Shown here: positions 1 through 10,600 of the stretch, piece by piece
How the letters are laid out: each line of letters starts with the position of its first letter
Position numbering within the stretch: position 1 is the stretch's first letter
NCBI GenBank assembly: GCA_027317105.1
Contig: DAHVFH010000039.1
Span: 7,891 to 71,890 of the forward strand
Length of the DNA stretch: 64,000 bases
Origin: Cytophagales bacterium
Lineage (GTDB): Bacteria > Bacteroidota > Bacteroidia > Cytophagales > Cyclobacteriaceae
Direction of reading: 5' to 3'
Notes under the pieces: model-generated
The model's input: only the letters and a program-made list of their open reading frames with translations
The model's database searches: none
What the model was told of the DNA's origin: nothing
Program-made: the position numbers and the translations under genes

Positions 1-377
1 GTCTTCTGCCCATGTTTAAAAATATTAATACAATGAAAATTGATCTGGATGCCTTTTGGTTTTTGCAGCATTTCCATATAGGAAAGTAGTATTGCATCGT
101 GAACTGGGAGCAGACCTTCCTGAACTTTCAATTCCACACAAATCAAATTCTCTACCTAAAACATCTAATCTCAATTCTGCCTCAAGTTCTAATCCTTTGT
201 ACTCTAAAGGCACACAAACTTGATTTTGAAAAGTTATGCTTTGGATTTCCAATTCTTTCAAAAAACATTTTTTATAAACACTTTCCAATAACCCTGAACC
301 GAGATGTGATGGACTTCAATGGCACATCCGATAATTTGATAGGTAAGTTCATCCAAGTATTTCTTTGTGGTTTGCAT
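1..377 (-). pseudogene. GxxExxY-family (PD-(D/E)XK-like) protein gene disrupted by two frameshifts; 3' end runs off the window
   Basis: The minus-strand reading starts at the ATG at 377 and gives MQTTKKYLDELTYQIIGCAIEVH. Homology continues in a second frame as HLGSGLLESVYKKCFLKELEIQSITFQNQVCVPLEYKGLELEAELRLDVL, where GLLESVY is the GxxExxY signature. It then continues in a third frame as VENLICVELKVQEGLLPVHDAILLSYMEMLQKPKGIQINFHCINIFKHGQKT down to position 1. The shifts lie near 304-311 and at an extra G at 155-156. The neighbouring frames are closed by stops just before each switch point. Confidence 0.6.
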
Positions 378-431
378 TTTCTATGTTTCCGCCTATGCTA
401 CTATGCTTCTATGTGGTTCAGTCTACTTTAT

Positions 432-896
432 TTATAACTCTAATTCAAATAGGGCTTCAATTTCAACCGGAATGTTGTCAGGCAGTGAACCCATACCCAC
501 TGCACTACGTACGCCAACACCATTATCCGGTCCCCACACTTGAGCAAACAATTCGCTACAACCATTGATAACAAAGGGGTGTTTTTCAAAGGAAGGGATG
601 GAATTGACCATGCCCAAAATTTTAATCACGCGCTTGATCTTGTTAAAACTTCCGAGATTACTTTTTATTGTCGAAAGCATGGCGAGCCCAACTTGACGCG
701 CAGCAAATTTAGCTTCTTCGACATTCAAGTCAAGCCCCACTTTGCCGATGATGAGGCTTCCATCATTTTTTACTGTGCCGTGTCCGGAAAGGAAAACATG
801 ATTACCGTCAATTAAAAATGGTTTGTAAACGCCCAATGGTTTAGGCGCAGGGGGCAAGGATAGTCCTAGTTCTTCAAATCGTTGATCTGGTGTCAT
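432..896 (-). CDS. RidA/YjgF family protein (endoribonuclease L-PSP-like)
   Basis: The ORF 432..938 is trimmed to the Met of MTPDQRFEELGL (ATG at 896), which avoids overlap with the upstream permease. The fold-typical sequence GHGTV...IGKVG...EEAKFAARQVGL...VRSAVGMGSLPDNIPVEIEALFEL is present. Confidence 0.75.
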   Translation of the reverse strand: MTPDQRFEELGLSLPPAPKPLGVYKPFLIDGNHVFLSGHGTVKNDGSLIIGKVGLDLNVEEAKFAARQVGLAMLSTIKSNLGSFNKIKRVIKILGMVNSIPSFEKHPFVINGCSELFAQVWGPDNGVGVRSAVGMGSLPDNIPVEIEALFELEL

Positions 897-906
897 TGCA
901 AAAAAA

Positions 907-2220
907 TTAGATGAAAGATTGTAAAATAAAAACGCCAATAAGTCCGCAGATGGAAATAATCGTCTCCATTAGCGACCACGACAAAAATGTTTCTTTAATA
1001 GTTAAATTGAAATATTCTTTGTAAAGCCAGAACCCAGAGTCGTTGACGTGAGAAAACATAAGGCTTCCGGCACCGACCGCCAGCACCATCAGGTTGGGAT
1101 CGGCTTGCGTTGAAACGACCGCTGGGGCGATGATACCCGCAGCGGTAATTCCCGCAACAGTGGCTGACCCAAGACTAACGCGGATGACAGCCGCGATCAG
1201 CCAGCCGAGCAACAAGGGGTTAATGTTGAGGGAATGCATTGACTTGCCGATTTCATCACCGATCCCGCTGTCAATCAGGATTTCTTTTAATGCGCCACCA
1301 CCCGCTACAATTAATAAAATCAATACCACATCTTTCACAGAATCCTGGTAGAAGCTCATGATTTTGCTCATCCGTATTTTTCGCCCTATCCCTAGCGAGA
1401 AAGTCGCGACTGTTAGTGAGAGCAACATTACAATGTCCGGATCACTGAGGAAGGAGATCAAATTTACCAAGCTTCCTTCCGTTGGTAAAAAAGGTTTGCA
1501 AATGGTGGTGGTGGCCAATAATAAAACGGGGAGCAATGCCGAAAAAATTGAGTTGGCCAAGCTAGGGAGCTGATCTTTTGATAGCGTGGCAGGCTTGAAA
1601 GTTTCAAGCGGTTGTGATTTTATATTTTTTAAAGTGCTCGCGAATACAGGCCCAGCTAAAATCACGGAAGGTATGGCGATGGTGACTCCATAAAGTAATG
1701 TCTTCCCAAGGTCAGCATGGAACTGACCTACAAGAGCCGTTGGTGAAGGGTGGGGAGGGAGAAATCCGTGCGTCACCGAGAGGGCAGCCAGCAATGGAAT
1801 ACCCAAATAGACAACAGGCATTTTGTGCTGATAAGCCACTACAAAAACCAAAGGAACAGCGAGTACGAATCCGACATTATAAAAGAGCGGAATACCAATA
1901 ACAAATCCGGTTATCATCAACGCCCATTGCATATAGCGTACTCCAAATAACTTCATCATCCCCGCAGTGATTTGTTGAGCTGCTCCGCTTTCGGCTACTA
2001 ATTTTCCGAGCATGGCTCCTGCAATGATGATGATTACCAGGGAGCCGAGAAGATCGCCAATCCCTTTACGGATGGAAATGATAATTGAATTGAGTTCCAT
2101 CCCCAACAAAATGCCGGCTATAATCGACACGACCAGAAAAGCAAGAAAGGCATTCACCTTTAGCTTGGAGATGAGTACCACCAGCAGAACAATACAAAAA
2201 AATACAATGAGAAGAGACAC
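907..2220 (-). CDS. GntP-family (gluconate:H+ symporter-like) permease
   Basis: 437-aa polytopic membrane protein with a GntP-like N-terminus (LLVVLISKLKVNAFLAFLVVSI..GMEL..I..SI..G.G..LGSL) and C-terminus (HVNDSGFWLYKEYF). Confidence 0.75.
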   Translation of the reverse strand: MSLLIVFFCIVLLVVLISKLKVNAFLAFLVVSIIAGILLGMELNSIIISIRKGIGDLLGSLVIIIIAGAMLGKLVAESGAAQQITAGMMKLFGVRYMQWALMITGFVIGIPLFYNVGFVLAVPLVFVVAYQHKMPVVYLGIPLLAALSVTHGFLPPHPSPTALVGQFHADLGKTLLYGVTIAIPSVILAGPVFASTLKNIKSQPLETFKPATLSKDQLPSLANSIFSALLPVLLLATTTICKPFLPTEGSLVNLISFLSDPDIVMLLSLTVATFSLGIGRKIRMSKIMSFYQDSVKDVVLILLIVAGGGALKEILIDSGIGDEIGKSMHSLNINPLLLGWLIAAVIRVSLGSATVAGITAAGIIAPAVVSTQADPNLMVLAVGAGSLMFSHVNDSGFWLYKEYFNLTIKETFLSWSLMETIISICGLIGVFILQSFI

Positions 2221-2323
2221 CGGCTATTGCTTTACCGGTTCAAGATAAGAAATGATTATTAAAAACGCCCTCACAAATCTTCTTAAAAAAATTAGCAAAA
2301 GTAGTGTACTTGGAATGACCTGA

Positions 2324-3178
2324 TTACTTAGGAGCCATAACCATTTTTTTCCCAACGGGAAATATCAGTCCGCCTTCCCAAGTCCACTGAAGAGAGAAGA
2401 AGTGCTGGCGGGCGGTGCCGAGGTGAGCGTATCCTAATTTAGTGTTTGTGTAATTAGCAAATGCGCCCTGGGCGTCCGTTTGGATAAAAAGATATTTTAA
2501 GAATGAAATTCTTAGCCCCAAACTTGTGGCGGCTACCCAACCATGATAATGAAAATAACCTGGGTCGTAGTCGCCAAGAATTTTGTCTATGGTATAGGAG
2601 ATCATTGGTCCAGCGCCAACGGTAGCAATCGCACTGATTTGAACATTTTTTCTGGTTATCAGTTTTTGTCTTTTTACCAGGCTAAGAATGAGGTAATTAT
2701 TACCGTTGGTATGCTGAATGTGTATGAGGGTGTCGTTCAATGGCACTACAGCATCAATTGGGGTACCGTTGATTTCCCCTTTCATGTGGATATTCTGCCA
2801 AGGGGTGACTACATATTTTAAATGATTCCAACCTAATTCTATCCCAAAGTCATGTTTATCATTGAAAAACAATCCTGCTTTCAGGTCATACTGAGGTATC
2901 GTTAATCGCTCAGGCTGCCAATACCGATCCATATCGGGTTTGTCTTTTGCCTTAGCGTCATAAAGCATCACGTTCAGCTGCTCCGTATTTTGAGCGTTGT
3001 GGTAGATAACGTGAATATTGCTTTTTGAATACCAATCGCGGTTGTAACCCCATGAGAAGTAGAACTGGGCTTTCCTTTTTGGTTTTTGTGGTGTTAAATC
3101 TTGTGCTGTGGAGAATCTAATCAGTCCTAGAAAAGATACCGCGAGTAAGAGTAGTTTAGTCAGCTTCACATTGCCCAT
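2324..3178 (-). CDS. Hypothetical secreted protein, probable outer-membrane beta-barrel
   Basis: Signal peptide LLLLAVSFLGLIRFSTAQ. Alternating hydrophobic/aromatic beta-strand pattern with a C-terminal aromatic-rich segment. No family recognised. Confidence 0.45.
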   Translation of the reverse strand: MGNVKLTKLLLLAVSFLGLIRFSTAQDLTPQKPKRKAQFYFSWGYNRDWYSKSNIHVIYHNAQNTEQLNVMLYDAKAKDKPDMDRYWQPERLTIPQYDLKAGLFFNDKHDFGIELGWNHLKYVVTPWQNIHMKGEINGTPIDAVVPLNDTLIHIQHTNGNNYLILSLVKRQKLITRKNVQISAIATVGAGPMISYTIDKILGDYDPGYFHYHGWVAATSLGLRISFLKYLFIQTDAQGAFANYTNTKLGYAHLGTARQHFFSLQWTWEGGLIFPVGKKMVMAPK

Positions 3179-3237
3179 TTAAAAATTGAAGCCGCAAAAC
3201 TAAAGAATTGTGTAAACACTTCAATCGATATAAAAAA

Positions 3238-3963
3238 TCATTTCAGCATTTTTTCCCTCGTAAGATAAAGTTGTCTAAGGGACAGAAAGTGAAGCCCATA
3301 GGCCAATGGAACCAATAGTCCAGGTAGCCAGCTAAATGGAAATAGGGTTACTATTGTATTAGCCGGTTCGTCAATGAAAATCTTTAATGGGGAAGGCATT
3401 GATAAAATGGCAGTAACCACAATGTTCACTAACAAAGCTAAACAGAGGATATTCCAAATTACTTGACTTGTTTTTGAAATTTTTCCTTTTGCAATTAACA
3501 AGGCGATGATCGGGGCACTTGCACCAGTGAGTACATCAAAGTTTTGACCTTCAAACGTCATTTGTATGGGTACTTGGTTTTTAAGGTACATTGCCCAAAG
3601 TAAAAGCTCTACAAAAAAACGAAATGTTTGAAGTTGAACTATTTTTTGGTTGGGAATAATCAACAAAAGATCATTCATTGTCTTTGAGAAGGAGAAGACC
3701 AGAATGGAAATGAATGGGATTGTTAAAATAGGCAAGACGTTAAACGGAAAAACAAGGAAGTTTCCCATCCACCCGCTCAGCGACCAAAACGTAACAAATA
3801 ATCCCCAAGCCAGCAATGCCACTAAAAACAATGTAGTAAATTGGCCTTTCCTTGCAAGCGGCCACGGACCCAGTCTTACTGCTTTTTTGATTTCTAAGAA
3901 CAGATAAGAATAACTGCTGATTGTCAGAATGATAAAGCCTGATTGAATTCCCAGCAAATGCAT
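3238..3963 (-). CDS. Hypothetical polytopic membrane protein
   Basis: 241-aa ORF with about 7 hydrophobic segments. No motif recognised, and the start codon is uncertain. Confidence 0.45.
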   Translation of the reverse strand: MHLLGIQSGFIILTISSYSYLFLEIKKAVRLGPWPLARKGQFTTLFLVALLAWGLFVTFWSLSGWMGNFLVFPFNVLPILTIPFISILVFSFSKTMNDLLLIIPNQKIVQLQTFRFFVELLLWAMYLKNQVPIQMTFEGQNFDVLTGASAPIIALLIAKGKISKTSQVIWNILCLALLVNIVVTAILSMPSPLKIFIDEPANTIVTLFPFSWLPGLLVPLAYGLHFLSLRQLYLTREKMLK

Positions 3964-3988
3964 TATAGGTTGAATTGTGAATCAAGTT

Positions 3989-4029
3989 AAAAAAGAAATA
4001 GGCAAATGCTGGTTACTGCATCTGCCTAT
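3989..4029 (-). terminator. Rho-independent terminator downstream of trxA
   Basis: On the minus strand, ATAGGCAGATGC-AGTAACCA-GCATTTGCCTAT forms a 12-bp stem with one mismatch. It is followed by a TTCTTTTTT tract, 20 nt after the trxA stop. Confidence 0.6.
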
Positions 4030-4050
4030 CTGAAATGAGTCAGCGATTTC

Positions 4051-4374
4051 TTAGGCTACCTGCGCCTGTAATTTGGAAGCCAGTACCGACTTGGGCACAG
4101 CCCCAACTTGCTTATCTACAATTTCTCCGTTTTTGAAGACAAGGAGGGTGGGGATGGATCGGACGCCATAACGAGCAGTAATTTGAGGATTTTCATCCAC
4201 ATTTAACTTGGCGATGACTGCTTTGCCTTCGTATTCGCCTGCTAATTCTTCCACTAAAGGTCCAATCATTTTGCAGGGTCCACACCATTCAGCCCAAAAA
4301 TCAACCAAAACCGGCTTGTCGCCTTTTAAAGTCTCATCAAAATTTGCGTCAGTAAGTTCTTTTGTTTTGCCCAT
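4051..4374 (-). CDS. trxA: Thioredoxin
   Basis: WCGPCK active site with [15 protein letters not shown]...[12 protein letters not shown]. The start was moved to MGKTKELTD (ATG at 4374). Confidence 0.93.
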   Translation of the reverse strand: MGKTKELTDANFDETLKGDKPVLVDFWAEWCGPCKMIGPLVEELAGEYEGKAVIAKLNVDENPQITARYGVRSIPTLLVFKNGEIVDKQVGAVPKSVLASKLQAQVA

Positions 4375-4410
4375 ATAGAAGTTGTTATTTTTAAATTCTC
4401 TTATTGAACG

Positions 4411-4418
4411 CAAATATA
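4411..4418 (-). promoter_or_regulatory. Candidate Bacteroidetes-type -7 promoter element (TAnnTTTG) for trxA
   Basis: The minus strand reads TATATTTG, 37-44 nt upstream of the trxA ATG, with a TTG 17 nt further upstream. This is a motif match only. Confidence 0.3.
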
Positions 4419-4650
4419 AGCGAATTTAGTTCCGGCAATTAAGAATTAGAAGTAAACAAAAGTCGTGGCCTTGACATTTTGCTCGGAGACTGCATTTTCG
4501 GCTAGGGCATCTTAGTTTTGCATTTCGTAGAATTAACGCAAGTTTGTTTATAAAATGTTTCGAAGCGGGGAAAGAGGCTCAATGCGTAAATTACATTCTT
4601 TACAGGATGTGGTACTTTTTAGAAAGTTGACGAATTTATCAGCGAAGTAT

Positions 4651-6501
4651 ATGAAGATATTCACGAAGATTTTTTTATCTCACACCCTTATCGGTTTTTT
4701 CACGTTGATAGTCTTTTCGTTTATCTTTTACTTTATTTTGCGAGATGCCTTGATAAAACGGACAATCGATCAACTTTCTTCGATCAACGTCCTAAAGAAG
4801 AATCAGATTGAAAATCATTTTTTGCAGATCCAAAAAGAACTTCAATTTATTTTAATTCATGATTTGAAGTTAGATGAAGTTGGGGTGTTGGCTAAGGAAG
4901 AGTCTTTGGATCCAAATCAATTCCCCATTCAGACAAAGAAAGAAATTAACGCCATTTGCGATGTCTACAATTTTAGTGGGATAACCGTGTTATCTAAAAA
5001 GGGGCAACAGATATTTTCAACAACAAATTCTATCATACCATCAGTCCTTTTAAATAGATATCGACTTCCATTGTCTGGCAATTTTGGTGTACTTGACATT
5101 TCTAATCAGGTAAAATCAGATAGTACGCTTTTACTATATGTTATCCCCTGTATTTCGAAGGAGGGAGGGAGTTATGTTTTGGTTCATGAGAACTTTAAGG
5201 AAATTCAAAAACTTCTTCAAGAAACAACGGGCATGGGAAATACGGGCGAATCCTACTTGGTAGGAAATGATTTACGGATGCGCTCCGCTTCCAGATTCTT
5301 CCCTTTAAAATTGCCAAGGAGAATTGAGGTGAGAACGGACGCGTCAATGAGTACCTTAGCGGCACCCTCTGGCAATCACCTCATCACAGACTATCGTGGG
5401 GAAAAGGTGGTAAGTTATTACCGCAAGATTGATGCGCCACAACTGGGATGGACCTTGATCTCAGAAATAGATTGGAGCGAGGCAATGAAGCCAATCATTC
5501 GATTACGGAATTACCTTATCATGATTACTTTTGGCCTAAGTATGATCATTATCGTGAGTACGGTATTTGTATCGAATGCTATTTCCAGACCCATACTTTA
5601 TTTAAAGGACATTATTGGTTTGTTATCCAAGGGTGTCATCCCGATGAGAAAATTGCATATTGCTAACCGCGATGAAGTCGGACAAATTGCAAGCGCAATT
5701 GATCAGCTCATAGCAGGTTTGAAACGAACGAGAGATTTTGCTTATGCAATTGGGTCTGGAAAATTTGATACACCATTTACCACGCTAAGTGATCAGGATG
5801 CCCTCGGTTTGGCACTCCTCCACATGCGAGATCAACTGAGGGACTTAAATGAACGTGAAATTCGGTTAATCCGTGAGAAAACGGGTGCGGTTCTTGAAGG
5901 CCAGGAAAATGAAAGAAAAAGAATCGTACAGGATTTACATGATGGCGTGGGTCAACTTTTGACGGCCATTCGATTGCGGGTTGAGATGATGGAAGATGAT
6001 ACTTTATTACGCAAAGAAATAATGACTCTAATAAATGAGACTATAACGGAAGTAAAAAGGATTTCCTATAATATGATGCCTAATGCCATTGTCGATTTTG
6101 GCCTGGAGGCGGCTTTGAGGGGATTGTGTGAAAATTGCAGATCAATATCATCCTTATCGTTTGACCTTCTTTATGTAGTGGAAGTGGAAAGTGAATTAAA
6201 CTTTGAAATATCCATTGCAATTTATCGGATAGTGCAAGAGGGAATTAATAATATCATCAAACATGCCTACGCAAAAAATGTAGACGTGCAGGTGATAGAT
6301 AAAGGGGACGAAATTTACCTCTTATTGAAAGATGATGGAAGGGGGTTTAATATGGAGGAGATACAGAAGAAAAGTGGATTTGGTATTAGGAATATGAAAG
6401 AAAGGGCAACTTTACTAAATGGAAATTTAGAGATCCATACAAGCCCCGGTATGGGCACTGTGATAGAGGTTAACATTCCAACCAAAAAAAATAATGGATA
6501 G
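4651..6501 (+). CDS. Sensor histidine kinase (extracytoplasmic sensor domain, HAMP, HisKA_3, HATPase_c; NarX/DegS class)
   Basis: Two TM helices flank a roughly 270-aa periplasmic domain, followed by a HAMP-like linker. The H-box ERKRIVQDLHDGVGQLL is present, along with an N-box (EGINNIIKHA) and G-box (DDGRGF...GFGIRNM). The likely start is MKIFTKIF at 4651. Confidence 0.85.
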   Translation: MKIFTKIFLSHTLIGFFTLIVFSFIFYFILRDALIKRTIDQLSSINVLKKNQIENHFLQIQKELQFILIHDLKLDEVGVLAKEESLDPNQFPIQTKKEINAICDVYNFSGITVLSKKGQQIFSTTNSIIPSVLLNRYRLPLSGNFGVLDISNQVKSDSTLLLYVIPCISKEGGSYVLVHENFKEIQKLLQETTGMGNTGESYLVGNDLRMRSASRFFPLKLPRRIEVRTDASMSTLAAPSGNHLITDYRGEKVVSYYRKIDAPQLGWTLISEIDWSEAMKPIIRLRNYLIMITFGLSMIIIVSTVFVSNAISRPILYLKDIIGLLSKGVIPMRKLHIANRDEVGQIASAIDQLIAGLKRTRDFAYAIGSGKFDTPFTTLSDQDALGLALLHMRDQLRDLNEREIRLIREKTGAVLEGQENERKRIVQDLHDGVGQLLTAIRLRVEMMEDDTLLRKEIMTLINETITEVKRISYNMMPNAIVDFGLEAALRGLCENCRSISSLSFDLLYVVEVESELNFEISIAIYRIVQEGINNIIKHAYAKNVDVQVIDKGDEIYLLLKDDGRGFNMEEIQKKSGFGIRNMKERATLLNGNLEIHTSPGMGTVIEVNIPTKKNNG

Positions 6502-7129
6502 AATAAAGCTAATTCTAGCGGATGATCATCCCCTTATCAGGGCTGGATTTAGGTCGTTGTTGGGAAGAAATAAGGCCTTTGAGATTGTCGGAGAGGCCGA
6601 AACGGGTAAAGAATTATTATTGCTAGCTTCCGAAAAAGCACCTGATATTATTTTAGTGGACATTACTATTCCGGTGATTAACGGCCTTGATGCGATGGTT
6701 CAATTAAAAAAAATTAATCCGAATTTGAAATTTATTATTTTGACGATGCATGACGAGGCGGGGTATGTGATCAAGGCGCTGAAAAATGGGGCTCATGGTT
6801 ATCTACTCAAAAATATAGAGATTGCTGAATTGGAAAAAGCTATTCAAACGGTTTACGAAGGAGGAAAATATTTCAGTCCTTTTGTAACTAATATTCTCGC
6901 GGAGTCGGTTAACAAACAAACGGTAATTGACCATGAGGAAATTACTTTGCGTGAAAAAGAAGTTCTGAATTTGGTGGCGGATGGACAAAGTACTAAGCAA
7001 ATTGCGGCCAAATTAAAAATTAGCATCCGAACGGTGGAATCCCATCGACTGAACATGCTTAAAAAGTTAGAAGTAAATAATTCATCGGAGCTTATAAAGA
7101 AGGCAATCGACCTTAAAATATTGGGATGA
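6494..7129 (+). CDS. NarL/LuxR-family response regulator
   Basis: REC domain (ILADDHPL...DIILVDITIP...) plus a C-terminal LuxR HTH (LTLREKEVLNLVADGQSTKQIAAKLKISIRTVESHR). It overlaps the kinase stop by 8 nt. Confidence 0.9.
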   Translation: MDRIKLILADDHPLIRAGFRSLLGRNKAFEIVGEAETGKELLLLASEKAPDIILVDITIPVINGLDAMVQLKKINPNLKFIILTMHDEAGYVIKALKNGAHGYLLKNIEIAELEKAIQTVYEGGKYFSPFVTNILAESVNKQTVIDHEEITLREKEVLNLVADGQSTKQIAAKLKISIRTVESHRLNMLKKLEVNNSSELIKKAIDLKILG

Positions 7130-7253
7130 CTCGGGGGAAAAACCCTGATGAGAATTTCAGATAAACACTAATAGGGCACTCCGTATTTACCCTGATAAAG
7201 AGTCCTGTCATTCTAACGTACTTGTACATAAGAATTAATAAATCTTTTGTACT

Positions 7254-7547
7254 ATGAAACGTATTCTTATCATTAGCTTCTTTTTGGTTGTGGCCCATCT
7301 TGGTTTGAGCCAGAATATTGCCGTCAACGACCCCACGTATTCAGCAAACAATTATAAACACCCAAATAAAGCAGCGTATGCTAAAAAGCACATGGTCAAT
7401 GCGATAATATTTGAGAGAGCAAAAGTTAGCCAGTTGGTAAACTACAAGAAACCCTATAGTCTATTAATGGCTGAAGTTTTCGTGATACCTGCTTCAAAGA
7501 AAGCTTCAAAATCAAGAAAATCGTATAAACACCCTCAAGGTTTATAG
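7254..7547 (+). CDS. Small secreted hypothetical protein
   Basis: Signal peptide ILIISFFLVVAHLGLSQ and a lysine-rich body with a repeated (N/S)YKHP motif. No family recognised. Confidence 0.4.
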   Translation: MKRILIISFFLVVAHLGLSQNIAVNDPTYSANNYKHPNKAAYAKKHMVNAIIFERAKVSQLVNYKKPYSLLMAEVFVIPASKKASKSRKSYKHPQGL

Positions 7548-7671
7548 CTGGCGGCCTCTGTTTTTCACTGAACGGATAATTCGCTCTACTTGTCAGATGC
7601 TGGTTTCCGTTAAATACTGGAAGTGAAAAGTGAACAGTGATTGCGTTAAAGGCGAATCAGCGAATTTATAA

Positions 7672-10600
7672 TTATGACACTACTTCTAAATTTAAGCTCT
7701 TGATCTTCCGGAACTTCTCCACCATTTCATTCACTGGCTTCACCCTAAATTTCCGCGATAGCAATTCCAGATTAATTTTCTCCTGATCGTCTTGGATTTT
7801 TAAATACAAAGGACAGGCACCACTGTATTCGTTGCAAAGGCTTTCGATCTGAGAAATCAGCTCGGAACTAATGTTTACCGAATTCATTTTGATCTGCAAC
7901 CCTTTAGTGCGTTTCAAACCTAATTCGTTTAGCAGTTCAATGCTCTTGAACTTAAACTCCATGCTCATGTCGCCCCAGGTTTTTCGCGATACGCGTCCTT
8001 CAATGAACAGGAACAAACCCGGCATGAGGAAGGATTTATATTTCAGGTAGTCCTCGCTCCACATGGTGAATTCGTATTTGCCACTGTAATCTTCAATGGA
8101 CAATTTTCCAAACGGCTTTCCGGTTTTGGTAATACGATGTTCCACCGATGACACGATGCCTCCGAGTTTACAATCTTTGCCTTCTTTGTTGTCAAGGTCG
8201 TTGAGTTCCGTGACCGGCATATTGGTAAACGTCTCCAGTTCGAATTTAAAATTATCGAGTGGATGGCCGGAGATATAAACGCCAACCACTTCCTTCTCGA
8301 AGTGCAGTTTTTCGATTTCGCTGAACGGTTCTATCGGATCAATTTTAGGTTGTGGCATTTGTGTGCCGGTAGTGCCACCGAACAAGCTGGCTTGCGCGCT
8401 GTCAGTTTCTTGTTGCAGTTTGCTGGCGTAACGAATTACTTTTTCAGATAATGAAATGTCGCCTTCTTTGCCGGCAATGTATTGCCTGCGGTGATATTGG
8501 GGAAAGCAATCAAAAGCACCAGATAACGCCAGGCATTCAAAAGTTTTTTTGTTGACAGACCTTTGGTTGAGCCGTTTGGCAAAATCAAAGATGTCTGCGA
8601 AAGTGCCATGTGCATCACGCTCATGGATAATTGCTTCTACCGCAGCATCGCCCGTACCTTTTATTGCGCCAAGCCCAAAACGGATTTCACCTTTTTTGTT
8701 TACTTCAAAAAATACACCCGATTCATTCACGTGCGGCCCCAATACTTCAATGCCTTGCCTACGGCATTCTTCTATAAAAAAGGTTACCTTATCGAGATTG
8801 CTTTGTGAGTGGGTAAGCACTGCGGCCATGTATTCGGCCGGATAGTTAGCTTTAAGGTAAGCCGTTTGATAGGCGACCAAAGAATAGCACGTAGAGTGAG
8901 ATTTATTAAACGCATATTGGGCAAAGGCTTCCCAGTCTTTCCATATTTTTTCGGCAATACGCTCATCGTGGTTGTTCTTTTTACATCCCTCGATAAACTT
9001 CGGCTTCATTTTATCAAGTACCTCAATTTGCTTTTTACCCATGGCTTTACGCAGCACATCGGCATCGCCTTTGCTAAAGTTGGCCAGCTTCTGCGAGAGC
9101 AACATCACTTGCTCTTGGTACACGGTAATGCCATAGGTGTCTTTCAGGTATTCTTCCATCTCCGGCAAGTCGTATTTGATGGTCTCGCGACCGTTCTTGC
9201 GAGCAATGAAGTTGGGGATGTATTCCATTGGGCCCGGCCGATATAGGGCATTCATGGCGATTAAATCCTCGAATTTGTCTGGCTTCAGCCCTTTGAGGTA
9301 ATTGAGCATACCATCGCTTTCAAATTGAAATGTGCCGATCGTCTCACCTCGCTGATAAAGCTGGAAGGTCTTTAGGTCGTCAAGCGGAATCTTATCAATA
9401 TCGATTTCAATGCCGTGTCGTTTTTTGATGTTTCGTAAGGCCGTGGTGATAATGGTTAGCGTGGTTAAACCTAAAAAGTCCATCTTCAAAAGTCCAGCGC
9501 TCTCCACCACGCTGTTGTCGAACTGGGTGATAAGCATCTCACCATCTTTTGCCTTTGAGACGGGCACAAACTTGGTGAGGTCATCGGGTGTAATGATGAC
9601 ACCACAAGCATGCGTTCCAGTATTACGAAGTGAGCCTTCGAGAATAACGGCCTGCTTGAGCACTTGCGCTTTTAGGTCTGTGCCCTTTTTAAATTCACTT
9701 AATTCTTTCACCTCTTCGAAAGCTTTTGCCAGCGTTGTGCCCGGCCGCTCAGGCACCAGTTTGGCAAGTGTATTCGATTCCGACAAAGGAAGTTCCATCA
9801 CCCGGGCGCAGTCGCGGATAGCTGATTTGGCGGCCATCGTACCGTAAGTGATGATCTGGGCAACTTGATTTTTCCCGTATTTTTCGATGACGTATTTTAA
9901 TACTTTATCGCGGCCTTCATCGTCAAAGTCAATGTCAATATCAGGAAGCGAGACCCGATCCGGATTTAAAAACCGTTCGAAAAGTAAATCATAGGCAATT
10001 GGGTCGACATTGGTAATGCCCGTGCAAAAAGCGACCACGGAGCCTGCCGCTGAACCACGGCCAGGCCCTACGCTTACACCCATTTCGCGCGCCTTTGAAG
10101 TAAAATCTTGGACGATCAAAAAATAGCCTGGGTAACCTGTCTTCTTGATGGTTTCCAGTTCAAACTCGATCCGTTCTTCAATCGCTGACGTTACCTCAAC
10201 GTATTTTCTTTTTGCCCCCAGGTAGGTTAAGTGTTTGAGGTAATCATCTTCTGTTGCAAATGCCGAAGGAATCTCAAACTTGGGAAGCAATACATCCCGC
10301 TTTAGTTCATACTTTTCTACTTTATCAATGATCTCGCTCAAGGTGTCTATGGCCTCGGGCCTATCACGGAAGAGTAGTTTCATTTCTTCTTGTGATTTAA
10401 AGTAGAATTCGGTGTTGGGCAAACCAAAACGAGTGCCGCGGCCTGACCCGATTGGCGTGGATTGAAACTCGCCTTCTTTTATGCACAACAATACGTCATG
10501 TGCATTGGCCTCTTCTTTTTCTAAATAATAACACTCGTTGGCCGCGAAATATTTTACCTTATATGCGTTTGCAAATTTTAACAGCGTTTCGTTTACCCTT

